In this document: in pieces, positions 26,001 through 37,933 of the stretch | Numbering within the stretch: position 1 is the stretch's first letter | How the letters are laid out: each line of letters opens with the position of its first letter | Origin: Flectonema sp. DT1601 | Lineage: Eukaryota | DNA length: 64,000 bases | NCBI GenBank assembly: GCA_964019425.1 | Contig: OZ025781.1 | Coordinates: 682,001-746,000 of the forward strand | Reading direction: 5' to 3' | Program-made: the position numbers and the translations under genes | The notes under the pieces: model-generated | Told to the model about the DNA's origin: nothing | What the model saw: only the letters and a program-made list of their open reading frames with translations | The model's database searches: none

Positions 26001-26826
26001 TACTTTATGCTGATTGACTCTCCCTTTCTCTCTCTCTCTCTCTGGTATTTGATTTCCTGTTCTACATGAAGTTCCCCACCCGTGGGTAAATTCCATGGTG
26101 AATTGTATCCCATCAGTTCGTCATGGGAGAACCCATGGAAGATTCTTTTCCCTGCTATTGCTTTTCCACAGCTGTCTCACTTCCATTATCCTCACCAACT
26201 ACATGATGTACTAAACATACCATGCACCACTCTGATGATTCATGATTGATATGGTTACACACACACAAATATTTTATGCTGATTAACTCTCCCATTCTCT
26301 CTCTGGTATTTTTGATTTCCTGTTCTACAAGAAGTTCCCCACCCATGGGTAAATTCCATGGTGAATTGTATCCCATCAGTTCGTCATGGGAGAACCCATG
26401 GAAGATTCTTTTCCCTGCTATTGCTTTTCCACAGCTGTCTCACTTCCATTATCCTCACCAACTACATGATGTACTAAACATACCATGCACCACTCTGATG
26501 TTTCATGATTGATATGGTTACACACACACAAATACTTTATGCTGATTGACTCTCCCTTTCTCTCTCTCTCTCTCTGGTATTTGATTTCCTGTTCTACATG
26601 AAGTTCCCCACCCATGGGTAAATTCCATGGTGAATTGTATCCCATCAGTTCGTCATGGGAGAACCCATGGAAGATTCTTTCCCCTGCTATTGATTTTCCA
26701 CAGCTGTCTCACTTCCATTGTCCTCACCAACCACATGATGTACTAAACATACCATGCACCACTCTGATGTTTCATGATTGATATGGTTACACACACACAA
26801 ATATTTTATGCTGATTAACTCTCTCT
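20065..26826. repeat. Tandem satellite, 263-269 bp unit, 25 full copies plus a partial
   Basis: tgatgtactaaacatacc recurs at 20065, 20330, 20595 ... 26736; length variation lies in a (CT)n tract; a diverged remnant follows at about 26828-26863. Confidence 0.98.
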
Positions 26827-27010
26827 TTCCCTACCCCATGCGTAATTTCAATGGAGAATTGTAGTAGTGATATCGGGGGTGATGTACTATTTAACTTCGG
26901 TAAATTTACTTAACGAAGCACAACATTAATAACTTCTTAGAGACAAAAATATTATTTAATCACCTATTGCAGGCATCAACCTCAACTTAATAAATGAACG
27001 GGTTTGCTAA

Positions 27011-30000
27011 ATGTCGTTTCCAAGTCTCGTTCATCAGGAGGTCCGCGTTAGTATCGATGCCGTAAATCAAGAGATTAGTGGTCATGTTGTTCTGCACTTT
27101 TCAGCTGAAGACGGTAGGAATTGGATTCCCATTAATTATAAAGGAATGATCGGTAAAGTAGAAGCACTCGATCCACAAACTAATATTTGGAATGGTTGCA
27201 TATATAGTCAACAAAACACTGTAGCAAGTGAACAGGAAAAGAAAGGTGATCCGATTTGCCTCGAAACATTCAGCGCTTGGAGAATGCAACAATGTGAAGT
27301 TATAATAGAGACTTCGACGTGTAAACCAAATAATAATAATATGATCGTAATTAGAATATCTTTTTCATCTGTTTCTCCAACTGGATGTACCTTTGAGCCA
27401 GGGCTAACCAGAATAGCACCTCGACCTGATTTCGCACGTGTCTGGCTCCCTTGTATTGATAAGTTAAGTGCAAAGTGTAGTTGGGATGTTGTTGTTGACA
27501 TAGTAGCCGATCCAAACAGCGCTGGATCTCCCCGTGTGATTGGTATTCCAGTAAAGAGTGATGTCATTTCTGCATCAGAAATAATAATTGTCGTCAGCCA
27601 TGAATTAATAGTCAGAAAACCACCTGAAATAATTGGACAAAGTAGCCTATTGTGTTACTCACAAACAGCAATCAGTGATGTACCGTTTAGGTCTTTGCAT
27701 ACTGTTCATCAGCAGGTTGAGAAAATCTTTCAACACATCACAAGATCTGAACTTCCTCAGTTTGATATCAATATTGTGATTTGTAAAAGTATCTCATCAC
27801 CAATTCATGGAGCTCATGTAATTCTGCTACCGGAGACGTTTTGTTTTTATGATCCTCTTGCTGAGCCGATTTCATTTCTTCAAACTGCCTCACTGATATC
27901 AGCACAGTTACTCCTATACGCGGGTATCGGTAAAGCTGAGAAGTATTCCCTTTGGAAAGATATTTGGATACCCTGTGGAGCATCAGGAGCCATCGCATGG
28001 TTCATTCTCTCAAGGTACATCGGTGCTAATACCTCTACTGGAATGTTAAGAGAAGAGTCTATTTCAGTTAGAAGGACATTATCAACTGGTAGACCCGTTA
28101 TACTACATCCTCAGGGGGCAACATTCGATCCAGAATCGAGTTCTTTTTTTATTGGTATGGACAGTGCGTGTATTGCATTTCGAAAAGCTACTCTGTGTAT
28201 GTTACAATTATGTGCTTCTGTAGTTACATTGAGAAGGGATTCACGGCAAGACGCATGTGCTTGGTTTTCAGGAATCCCTCACCTGATAGAAGTAGTAATG
28301 ATGGTTGAAAACACTGAAGGACTTATACGACGAGTTAGTAGTATTTCTGACATGAATCTTGACCGATTTGTTGAACTTTACGTAACAACAGGATCGAATC
28401 CTGAAGTTGTAGTGTCTGTTGAATATGATGCAGCTGATAAAAAGATTATAGCATGTGCTGGACTAGATCCAAGAAAGCCATGTGAAAACCCAACAGTACC
28501 TGAAGTTGATGTTTTAATTGCAACACAAGAAGGTCATTCATACGAACCTGATTCTGATCCTCTCTCTCAAATTCATAGTTTTGTACTGACCGTATCAATA
28601 AGTGAGAATGTTGGAACAAAGGAATCACCATTTACCCATTCTGGTACTAAACCATTAAAAAGCCTTGGTATATCTACTTCTTCACCAGCAGCAGCAAGCC
28701 AAGACCCAATTCACTACATCATAGCTGATCCTTACCAACGACTACTACTCTGTGATGTTGGGGTAGTGCAACAGGGATATAAATTATTTATTCAAATTCA
28801 AAATGAGTTAACAGTTCCTGGAAAACTAAATGGACTCCAGCGAATAGCTGATGAATTGGGGAATAAAGATAGAGTCAAGAATGGAAAGATTCTAAAAACA
28901 ATATCAAATAACGACCAAGAACACTATTCAGTAAGGTCTGCAGCAGTGAGGTCGATGTCTGAGGAAGAAGGAGAGCTAACAGCTCGTGCAATGCTTCGGA
29001 CAATGGCGAGTGAATTTGATCCGAGTTGCCGTTTAGATCTTAATCAGCTTCTTCTTATTTCAGAACTATTAAAGTTCTTACCATCGGAATCAATCCCTCC
29101 TTCAGTTGATTTATCTACTCTAAGTAAATATCAATTTTCTGCAGTCTTTCGCTCCATTGTAATCGCTGCTTTTCCACCATCTTCAACACGACTTCTGTCT
29201 GAAATCATAAAACAAGATTGGAGAAAAGGAATTGAAATTTGCAGCTGCTTAGACTGGTTAGCAGAAGCAGGAGGAGAAGTACTAACTCATGTTAGTGTAC
29301 TTTCTGAGATGGATGTATCCCCAGATGTATCCGCTAAGTGTTTAGAATTAATTCTTGATCAGCATATCGACAACACTAATCTCAGTGAAACATACTTAAA
29401 GGCTGCTCCATTCCTACCCCAAAACATTGTTCTATCAACACACAACTCTGTAATACTATCAGCCATGATGCAGCGTTTTGATGAAAGAGATATATTCCAG
29501 ACACTGTTTTACTCTTACTGTGTTAATTGGGGAGGGAATGACTTATTTTCTGTTCCCTGTGCTGAAGGAAATCTCCAAGAACAAGTATTAAAAGTGTGTG
29601 ATGCTAGATGTAAGGAACTTCAAAAACTCAAACCCAACAACATAAAACCTGTGAACAAAGTTGTGGCATCCGCTAAAGAGCCTGCTCAGTTGGTTGCACG
29701 ACCGGTTGAAAAAAATAAAAAACTGGCTGCTATTCGTCTGTCATCGAAAGAAAAAAAGCTCACGCTTCAGCCTTCTTTCTGGAATTATAATTCAGTAAAA
29801 AGACTGAAAGTGCCTGTTCATCCTTCAGTGAGTTCCCTGGAGCTTAAAGTACCTTCAAATCAACTACAAGTTGTTCAACAGCAACTGCTTTCTTTAAACA
29901 GAAATAAGATTCGAACTGAACAGCGAGGACTACTTTTAGAAATAGTTGGATTCAATGATTCTAATCAAAATCATCAAATAGGTACCGTGACATCAAAAAC

Positions 30001-31263
30001 AGTCGTCATACTAATAACACACAAAGAAGTTGGAGAAATGCTCCAACGAAGTATAAGAGACATATTAGATAAGACAGAATGGATGACACCATCACTGACT
30101 ACACTGGAGTCACTTGGATTTAGTTTATGGTCTCCTCAGTGTGTTGGAGGGGAGGAATTGGAGAATACAGTTCCAGGTACAGGAAAGTGTAAATCGAATC
30201 AATTATCGTGGTTTTATGATAAGAGGCAACAAGAGCATCAGTTTATCGCGTCTTTTGCATCTGGTGATACAAACATTCCTTCTACTGCTGTTGGTGATGT
30301 TATTCATGGATCGTTATCATTCTTACCTCAGTCAACAAATATTGGAATTCGTCGTTGCTCTCAGCTGTGGTTGGTTTCTCAGTCCCAAGACTCAAGTCAC
30401 ATCGATGTTTTCACAATTGATCTGTACTCATGTTCTGTAGCATTAGAGTTACTTAAGGTAGTGGCTCCGCATAGAGGGTTGCCGTTCTCTTTCGAAAATG
30501 GAATTCTGTCTACAAAAAAACCAGTCAAATCTACACAGCTATCAAAAACTATTAGCGACCAACAACAGCGATCTCGTAGAACTCCAACAGTTAATCAGCA
30601 ACAGAGTGAACAAACTAGTTGTACTCTCCCAGTGTTTACTGTGTCCACACCACAGACAGGCACTATTCAACTCGAATTTCACCCTTCTGATACCGACGTT
30701 AAAGATCACATTGGACGTCTTCATGCTGGTGGTATTCCCAATTTAATAGGTAGGTCTATTCTAATTTGTAGACGAGCTGTCTTGTTACAATTGGTATGTT
30801 TGTTTGTTTTTTATAGACCTAAAAATAATAACGAAAAAAAATAACGATGGTAATCAAACAACAATTAAAACAGAAATCGGATAAGCTACCATTAGAAATC
30901 TGTCTAGAACTTTGTAGTAACTTTGCTTGTGATGCGTTGATTACTTGGTTGCCTGCGTTTGGGAATGCTATTGTTGGTGTTTCTCAAATGGTATTGCCAT
31001 CGATATGGGAAACACCAAAGGTTTCATTGACTGCCACAAAGCCTTCCGCTGGATGCCTCTGGGGATCTAGTAACCACGCAATAAACTTTCAAACACGATC
31101 TGCTTCTACACCAGTCAGTGGGATTCTTCTTGGTAGGCCTCGTGCAATACGAAAGTTTGGAGGATCATGGCTTCCTGGATCAGAAATGTTAAATTTAATA
31201 TCTGCTGCTACCGATGGTGTCACAGACATACCTATCGCTATAATGATTCATCATGTTTACTAG
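27011..31263 (+). CDS. TAF2-like (inactive M1 aminopeptidase fold) protein; exons 27011-30793 and 30874-31263 (1390 aa)
   Basis: ARVWLPCIDKLSAKCSWD, WKDIWIPCG and HYSVRSAA resemble TAF2 blocks; no HEXXH seen; a GTATGT..AAAACAG intron at 30794-30873 joins the ORFs in frame. Confidence 0.6.
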
Positions 31264-31439
31264 ATAGGATGAGTCATGTTTTGTTATTAATTGTTTTGTT
31301 TTATTACTTCTATACATCTCTTAACAGGTACTAATATTACTTAACTTATCCATTGATGACACGACTTTCTGTTGCTTCTGAAGCGAATCAGCCAGTTAGT
31401 CTTGAACGCCTCCGCATTCAACTTTTTCTCCAATTTTCC

Positions 31440-32237
31440 TGATGTACTAAACATACCATGCACCACTCTGATGTTTCATGATTGATATGGTTACACACAC
31501 ACAAATATTTTATGCTGATTGACTCTCTCATTCTCTCTCTCTGGTATTTGATTTCCTGTTCTACATGAAGTTCCCCACCCATGGGTAAATTCCATGGTGA
31601 ATTGTATCCCATCAGTTCGTCATGGGAGAACCCATGGAAGATTCTTTTCCCTACTTTTGATTTTCCACAGCTGTCTCACTTCCATTATCCTCACTAACCA
31701 CATGATGTACTAAACATACCATGCACCACTCTGATGTTTCATGATTGATATGGTTACACACACACAAATATTTTATGCTGATTAACTCTCTCTTTCTCTC
31801 TCTCTGGTATTTTTGATTTCCTGTTCTACAAGAAGTTCCCCACCCATGGGTAAATTCCATGGTGAATTGCATCCCATCAGTTCGTCATGGGAGAACCCAT
31901 GGAAGATTCTGTTCTCACTTCTGCTTTTCCACAGCTGTCTCACTTTCGTTGTCTTCACCAACCACATGATGTACTAAACATACCATGCACCACTCTGATG
32001 TTTCATGATTGATATGGTTACACACACACAAATATTTTATGCTGATTGACTCTCTCTTCCTCTCTCTCTGGTATTTTTGATTACCTGTTCTACATGAAGT
32101 TCCCCACCCATGGGTAAATTCCATGGTGAATTGTATCCCATCAGTTCGTCATGGGAGAACCCATGGAAGATTCTGTTCCCTACTTCTTCTTTTCCACAGC
32201 TGTCTCACTTCCATTGTCCTCACCAACCACCTGATGT
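31440..32237. repeat. Second array of the same satellite (3 units)
   Basis: Unit starts at 31440, 31703 and 31967; ends at tgatgt 32232-32237. Confidence 0.97.
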
Positions 32238-32368
32238 GTACTGGAAATCATTTTTTGTCTTATTTTTCAAAAATCACTTCTCTTGACCTTTCAGGTCTTA
32301 GTAGTGTCACCAGTGTTGGAAGCTTTTTTTTGTCTAATTGTTCACAAATCAATTCTCTTGACCTTTAG
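32238..32368 (+). pseudogene. Remnant of an LRR gene (about 2 degenerate 75-bp units)
   Basis: GNHFLSYFSKITSLDLSGLSSVTSVGSFFLSNCSQINSLDL*, joined directly to the satellite on the left and to a truncated upstream spacer on the right. Confidence 0.85.
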
Positions 32369-32658
32369 TGTGAAATCTATTACAATTAATGAAGACTTGG
32401 TTGTGGATTTACTTATTAATTTATTAGAGGATTCAGACATTCTAGTTTTTAGAGAAGAGCAAGACAGGTCATGTTATTTTATAGGAAATTACAACTACAG
32501 AATATGTTGCACTATTCAGGAATCGAAGCTGCTTTTCAGTTTTTCCTTATTACTTTACGATTGTTGCCGCCGTTTTGGAACACTTCATCAATATTAATAA
32601 ACCTTTTCGTCTCTCAGTAGATTACTAAAAAAAAGGAAAACAAAAAACAACAACAACG

Positions 32659-35600
32659 ATGCAAGTTTTTGTGACGTGTCCGGATTTGGGATTCCCTGCG
32701 GTGTCAGTCACGGTTGGTGCTGATTCTGTTGTGAGCGACGTGTTGATGGAAGCGGCTGGCGAGTGGGATGTCGATGCGGAGGAAGTTGTACTGTTGTTCG
32801 CTGGTGATGTCCTTTGTGAAAGTGAGCGGCTGGCAGATCATGGAGTGGGTGGAGACAGCGAGTTGGAAATGCGGAAGAAGCTGATTCGGATCTTCGGTAA
32901 AAACTGGTTTGTTGATGATAGAAAAAGGGAGATGCTGCTTCTTTGGATTAGAGATCACAATACGGAGGATTTATATCTGGACACTCTCACATTCTTGGAG
33001 GATGGTTGCCTCACTGTTGACAAAAGATTGCTTCCTTCAGATGCCAAACGGATTTCCTTCCGCCATTCAAACTCCAACAGCACGGTCATCTCACAAGTTA
33101 CTTCTATTGAAGATTTCTTTTTATCTAATTGTTCACAAATCACTTCTGTTGACCTTTCAGGTCTTAGTAGTGTCACCAGTATTGGATATCGTTTTTTGTC
33201 TGATTGTTCAGAAATCACTTCTCTTGACCTTTCAGGTCTTAGTAGTGTCACTAGTATTAAAGATTATTTTTTGTCTAGTTGTTCAGAAATCACTTCTCTT
33301 GACCTTTCAGGTCTCAGTAGTGTCACCAGTATTGGAAATCATTTTTTGTCTAGTTGTTCAAAAATCACTTCTCTTGACCTTTCAGGTCTTATTAGTGTCA
33401 CCAGTATTGGAAATTGTTTTTTGTCTTGGTGTTCAGAAATCACTTCTGTTAACCTTTCAGGTCTTAGTAGTGTCATCAATATTGGAAGTAATTTTTTGTC
33501 TTATTGTCAAAAAATCACTTCTCTTGACCTTTCAGGTCTTAGTAGTGTCACCAGAATTGGAGATTGTTTTTTGTCTTGGTGTTCACAAATAACTTCTGTT
33601 GACCTTTCAGGTCTTAGTAGTGTCACCAGTATTGGATATCGTTTTTTGTCTGATTGTTCAGAAATCACTTCTCTTGACCTTTCAGGTCTTAGTAGTGTCA
33701 CTAGTATTAAAGATTATTTTTTGTCTAGTTGTTCAGAAATCACTTCTCTTGACCTTTCAGGTCTCAGTAGTGTCACCAGTATTGGAAATCATTTTTTGTC
33801 TAGTTGTTCAAAAATCACTTCTCTTGACCTTTCAGGTCTTATTAGTGTCACCAGTATTGGAAATTGTTTTTTGTCTTGGTGTTCAGAAATCACTTCTGTT
33901 AACCTTTCAGGTCTTAGTAGTGTCATCAATATTGGAAGTAATTTTTTGTCTTATTGTCAAAAAATCACTTCTCTTGACCTTTCAGGTCTTAGTAGTGTCA
34001 CCAGAATTGGAGATTGTTTTTTGTCTTGGTGTTCACAAATAACTTCTGTTGACCTTTCAGGTCTTAGTAGTGTCACCAGTATTGGATATCGTTTTTTCTC
34101 TGAGTGTTCAGAAATCACTTCTCTTGACCTTTCAGGTCTTAGTAGTGTCACCAGTATTAGAAATCATTTTTTGTCTGATTGTTCAGAAATCACTTCTCTT
34201 GAACTTTCAGGTCTTAGTAGTGTCACTAGTATTGAAGGTTGTTTTTTGTCTAGTTGTTCAGAAATCACTTCTCTTGACCTTTCAGGTCTTAGTAGTGTCA
34301 CCAGTATTGGAAATTGTTTTTTGTCTAGTTGTTCAGAAATCACTTCTCTTGACCTTTCAGGTCTTAGTAGTGTCACCAGTATTGGAAATTGTTTTTTGTC
34401 TAGTTGTTCAGAAATCACTTCTCTTGACCTTTCAGGTCTTAGTAGTGTCATCAGTATTGGAAATCTTTTTTTGTCTAGTTGTTCAAAAATCACTTCTCTT
34501 GACCTTTCAGGTCTTAGTAGTGTCATCAGTATTGGAAATCTTTTTTTGTCTAGTTGTTCAGAAATCACTTCTCTTGACCTTTCAGGTCTTAGTAGTGTCA
34601 CCAGTATTGGAGATTGTTTTTTGTCTGAGTGTTCAGAAATCACTTCTCTCGACCTTTCAGGTCTTAGTAGTGTCACCAGTATTGGAGATTGTTTTTTGTC
34701 TGAGTGTTCAGAAATCACTTCTGTTAACCTTTCAGGTCTTAGTAGTGTCATCAATATTGGAAGTAATTTTTTGTCTTATTGTCAAAAAATCACTTCTCTT
34801 GACCTTTCAGGTCTTAGTAGTGTCACCAGAATTGGAGATTGTTTTTTGTCTTGGTGTTCACAAATAACTTCTGTTGACCTTTCAGGTCTTAGTAGTGTCA
34901 CCAGTATTGGATATCGTTTTTTGTCTGATTGTTCAGAAATCACTTCTCTTGACCTTTCAGGTCTTAGTAGTGTCACTAGTATTAAAGATTATTTTTTGTC
35001 TAGTTGTTCAGAAATCACTTCTCTTGACCTTTCAGGTCTCAGTAGTGTCACCAGTATTGGAAATCATTTTTTGTCTAGTTGTTCAAAAATCACTTCTCTT
35101 GACCTTTCAGGTCTTATTAGTGTCACCAGTATTGGAAATTGTTTTTTGTCTTGGTGTTCAGAAATCACTTCTGTTAACCTTTCAGGTCTTAGTAGTGTCA
35201 TCAATATTGGAAGTAATTTTTTGTCTTATTGTCAAAAAATCACTTCTCTTGACCTTTCAGGTCTTAGTAGTGTCACCAGAATTGGAGATTGTTTTTTGTC
35301 TTGGTGTTCACAAATAACTTCTGTTGACCTTTCAGGTCTTAGTAGTGTCACCAGTATTGGATATCGTTTTTTCTCTGAGTGTTCAGAAATCACTTCTCTT
35401 GACCTTTCAGGTCTTAGTAGTGTCACCAGTATTAGAAATCATTTTTTGTCTGATTGTTCAGAAATCACTTCTCTTGAACTTTCAGGTCTTAGTAGTGTCA
35501 CTAGTATTGAAGGTTGTTTTTTGTCTAGTTGTTCAGAAATCACTTCTCTTGACCTTTCAGGTCTTAGTAGTGTCACCAGTATTGGAAATTGTTTTTTGTC

Positions 35601-36063
35601 TAGTTGTTCAGAAATCACTTCTCTTGACCTTTCAGGTCTTAGTAGTGTCATCAGTATTGGAAATCTTTTTTTGTCTAGTTGTTCAAAAATCACTTCTCTT
35701 GACCTTTCAGGTCTTAGTAGTGTCATCAGTATTGGAAATCTTTTTTTGTCTAGTTGTTCAGAAATCACTTCTCTTGACCTTTCAGGTCTTAGTAGTGTCA
35801 CCAGTATTGGAGATTGTTTTTTGTCTGAGTGTTCAGAAATCACTTCTCTCGACCTTTCAGGTCTTAGTAGTGTCACCAGTATTGGAGATTGTTTTTTGTC
35901 TGAGTGTTCAGAAATCACTTCTGTTGACCTTTCAGGTCTTAGTGATGTTGAAGAAATTGGTGTGGCCTTCTTCGATAATTGCAGTGCCCTGAAATCTGTT
36001 CAGCTGCCTGAAAATAATGGAGCTCTCTTTGAACCGTCTGTGAAAGCTGCGATTAATCATTAA
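32659..36063 (+). CDS. UBL-LRR protein copy 1: ubiquitin-like domain + 38 x 25-aa BspA/TpLRR-type repeats
   Basis: MQVFV..LLFAGDVL..RLADHGVGGDSELEM aligns by eye with ubiquitin; ITSLDLSGLSSVTSIGxxFLSxCSx units with exact 75-bp period from 33151 to 35926; C-cap ending AAINH. Confidence 0.92.
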   Translation: MQVFVTCPDLGFPAVSVTVGADSVVSDVLMEAAGEWDVDAEEVVLLFAGDVLCESERLADHGVGGDSELEMRKKLIRIFGKNWFVDDRKREMLLLWIRDHNTEDLYLDTLTFLEDGCLTVDKRLLPSDAKRISFRHSNSNSTVISQVTSIEDFFLSNCSQITSVDLSGLSSVTSIGYRFLSDCSEITSLDLSGLSSVTSIKDYFLSSCSEITSLDLSGLSSVTSIGNHFLSSCSKITSLDLSGLISVTSIGNCFLSWCSEITSVNLSGLSSVINIGSNFLSYCQKITSLDLSGLSSVTRIGDCFLSWCSQITSVDLSGLSSVTSIGYRFLSDCSEITSLDLSGLSSVTSIKDYFLSSCSEITSLDLSGLSSVTSIGNHFLSSCSKITSLDLSGLISVTSIGNCFLSWCSEITSVNLSGLSSVINIGSNFLSYCQKITSLDLSGLSSVTRIGDCFLSWCSQITSVDLSGLSSVTSIGYRFFSECSEITSLDLSGLSSVTSIRNHFLSDCSEITSLELSGLSSVTSIEGCFLSSCSEITSLDLSGLSSVTSIGNCFLSSCSEITSLDLSGLSSVTSIGNCFLSSCSEITSLDLSGLSSVISIGNLFLSSCSKITSLDLSGLSSVISIGNLFLSSCSEITSLDLSGLSSVTSIGDCFLSECSEITSLDLSGLSSVTSIGDCFLSECSEITSVNLSGLSSVINIGSNFLSYCQKITSLDLSGLSSVTRIGDCFLSWCSQITSVDLSGLSSVTSIGYRFLSDCSEITSLDLSGLSSVTSIKDYFLSSCSEITSLDLSGLSSVTSIGNHFLSSCSKITSLDLSGLISVTSIGNCFLSWCSEITSVNLSGLSSVINIGSNFLSYCQKITSLDLSGLSSVTRIGDCFLSWCSQITSVDLSGLSSVTSIGYRFFSECSEITSLDLSGLSSVTSIRNHFLSDCSEITSLELSGLSSVTSIEGCFLSSCSEITSLDLSGLSSVTSIGNCFLSSCSEITSLDLSGLSSVISIGNLFLSSCSKITSLDLSGLSSVISIGNLFLSSCSEITSLDLSGLSSVTSIGDCFLSECSEITSLDLSGLSSVTSIGDCFLSECSEITSVDLSGLSDVEEIGVAFFDNCSALKSVQLPENNGALFEPSVKAAINH

Positions 36064-37933
36064 ATGTAAAGTGTTGAATTGATTCTTGGTTGTCATGTAT
36101 TTTATATTTTTAATGTTTTGTTGTCAATAAAACGTGGTATCAACTTTTACCAAGTGACGAGACCTCGGAATCTATGATTCTCCTCGCGTCTCATCACTTC
36201 TCTTCCGATGATATTATTCTGCCAAGTTATCTTTTTTTCCCTGAGCGTTTGCTAGTAATACTGTTTGCGATTATGCAAAAATCTACGTCTGTTTTCTGAG
36301 TAATCTTTTTTTTTTGTTCCGACGAAGTCGGAAAAGAAACTATTCAGATTGAAAGTCGATATTTCTTATGGTCATGATTAATTTTCACCATGCGACAGGA
36401 TTTTGTCCCCCCGAATTGCCAGATTCGACAACGTCTTCTGGTCAGTAAGACGAAAAATAGTTTTTTTTTCATTTTTATGTTTTCTTTTTTGTTTTTTCTA
36501 AACGTAATTATTCTTTGATTAACAATTACAAATATTTTTCAGTCAAGTACTTGATATTAATTTTGTTTTTAATACCTAAAGTTATTACTGTTTTTACATT
36601 GTAAAAGTAGCACCCCATGCGACAGGATTTTATCTGTGTTTAACGAAATATAAGGCTGATCTGAATGGTTTTTTTGTACTTATTTTGTTTCACACCCCGT
36701 CCTTGGATCTGACAGGTATTTTTCAGTTGAGTACTTTGATATTAATTTAATTTTAATACCAAAATTCCATGTTGGTAACGTGCCGCTAACAATGAATGAA
36801 GAGGGAGAAAAGCTTCTGTTTGGTTGGGTCAACCAACTGAACGTTTCTCCGCCGATATCGGGACGGAAATTATTTACAAGATATTCGTAAAATGTATCAA
36901 GCGAAAGTTATTTTGTAGTGTTCATTCTTTTATCAGACTTTCAAGCCTTTCCCCGTTTTCAATAATAAATCTTAATCCCACCCGCCATTCCTCGTAGTGC
37001 CGATCCTCCCCAAGGGAAGATCGGCACATTAATGTTCATGAAGCAGATACTCTAAGGCAGACGTCTACTCGTCGTCAAGGGTAGACCGCCAAGTTGACGA
37101 CCCTATATGTATATGATTACCGAGTGAATTGTTTTCTATCCTTCATCATCATCTTTCTTTCTTCAGGTGCAAAAAGAATGCAATAGTTGATTACCGAGTA
37201 CAACAAAGTTTTTATATTTATCACTCTAATTTACTAACTCAGTAGATGTAAATTCATGTAGCGTTGGTGCATCAAAGTAGTTGAGAATTTGAATCGAAAC
37301 TGCCTCAAAGATTCTGTTTTTAAGTTGTCAAAGTTTCACCCCAACCTTCGGATTTAATAAAAGAGCTGTTTTATTATTTTTAATATAAGCTAACTCATTT
37401 GTTTGAAAAAAATGATTTCCAATTAATGTCTTTGCTGAAAAAACCCGTCGATGCCACCACCCCGACATTATTTGTTAGGATTATACAGCCCCCTCATGTT
37501 TTCTAACTGAATTCTGGATAACACTACCATAATTTATGTAAAGTGAGTACTCCGCTATTAGTGTTACTACGAACTAGCAATATGGGTAGGCCATCAAATC
37601 CTGATGGATAGATTAGGGGGGTGTGTGTCCTGTCGGTTCCGAATGTGAAATCTATTACAATTAATGAAGACTTGGTTGTGGATTTACTTATTAATTTATT
37701 AGAGGATTCAGACATTCTAGTTTTTAGAGAAGAGCAAGACGGGTCATGTTATTTTATAGGAAATTACAACTACAGAATATGTTGCACTATTCAGGAATCG
37801 AAGCTGCTTTTCAGTTTTTCCTTATTACTTTACGATTGTTGCCGCCGTTTTGGAACACTTCATCAATATTAATAAACCTTTTCGTCTCTCAGTAGATTAC
37901 TAAAAAAAAGGAAAACAAAAAACAACAACAACA
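36064..37933. repeat. Conserved intergenic spacer of the UBL-LRR tandem unit (also 48818-50687, 53643-55401, 57682-59500)
   Basis: Four near-identical copies of 1870, 1870, 1759 and 1819 bp; the third has an internal deletion, the fourth lacks the segment just before the ATG. Confidence 0.95.

Noticed and set aside
20546..26645. Many 64-88 aa ORFs in the satellite
   Set aside because: They change frame with (CT)n length between units and have no motifs; by-products of the repeat
20065..26826. CRISPR array, SL RNA array or 5S array
   Set aside because: No unique spacers or cas genes; I see no euglenozoan spliced-leader core (TTTCTGTACT-type) or 5S sequence in the unit on either strand
37621..37872. 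83-aa ORF repeated upstream of each LRR gene
   Set aside because: GTG start, no motif, truncated before copy 1; conservation is explained by recent duplication
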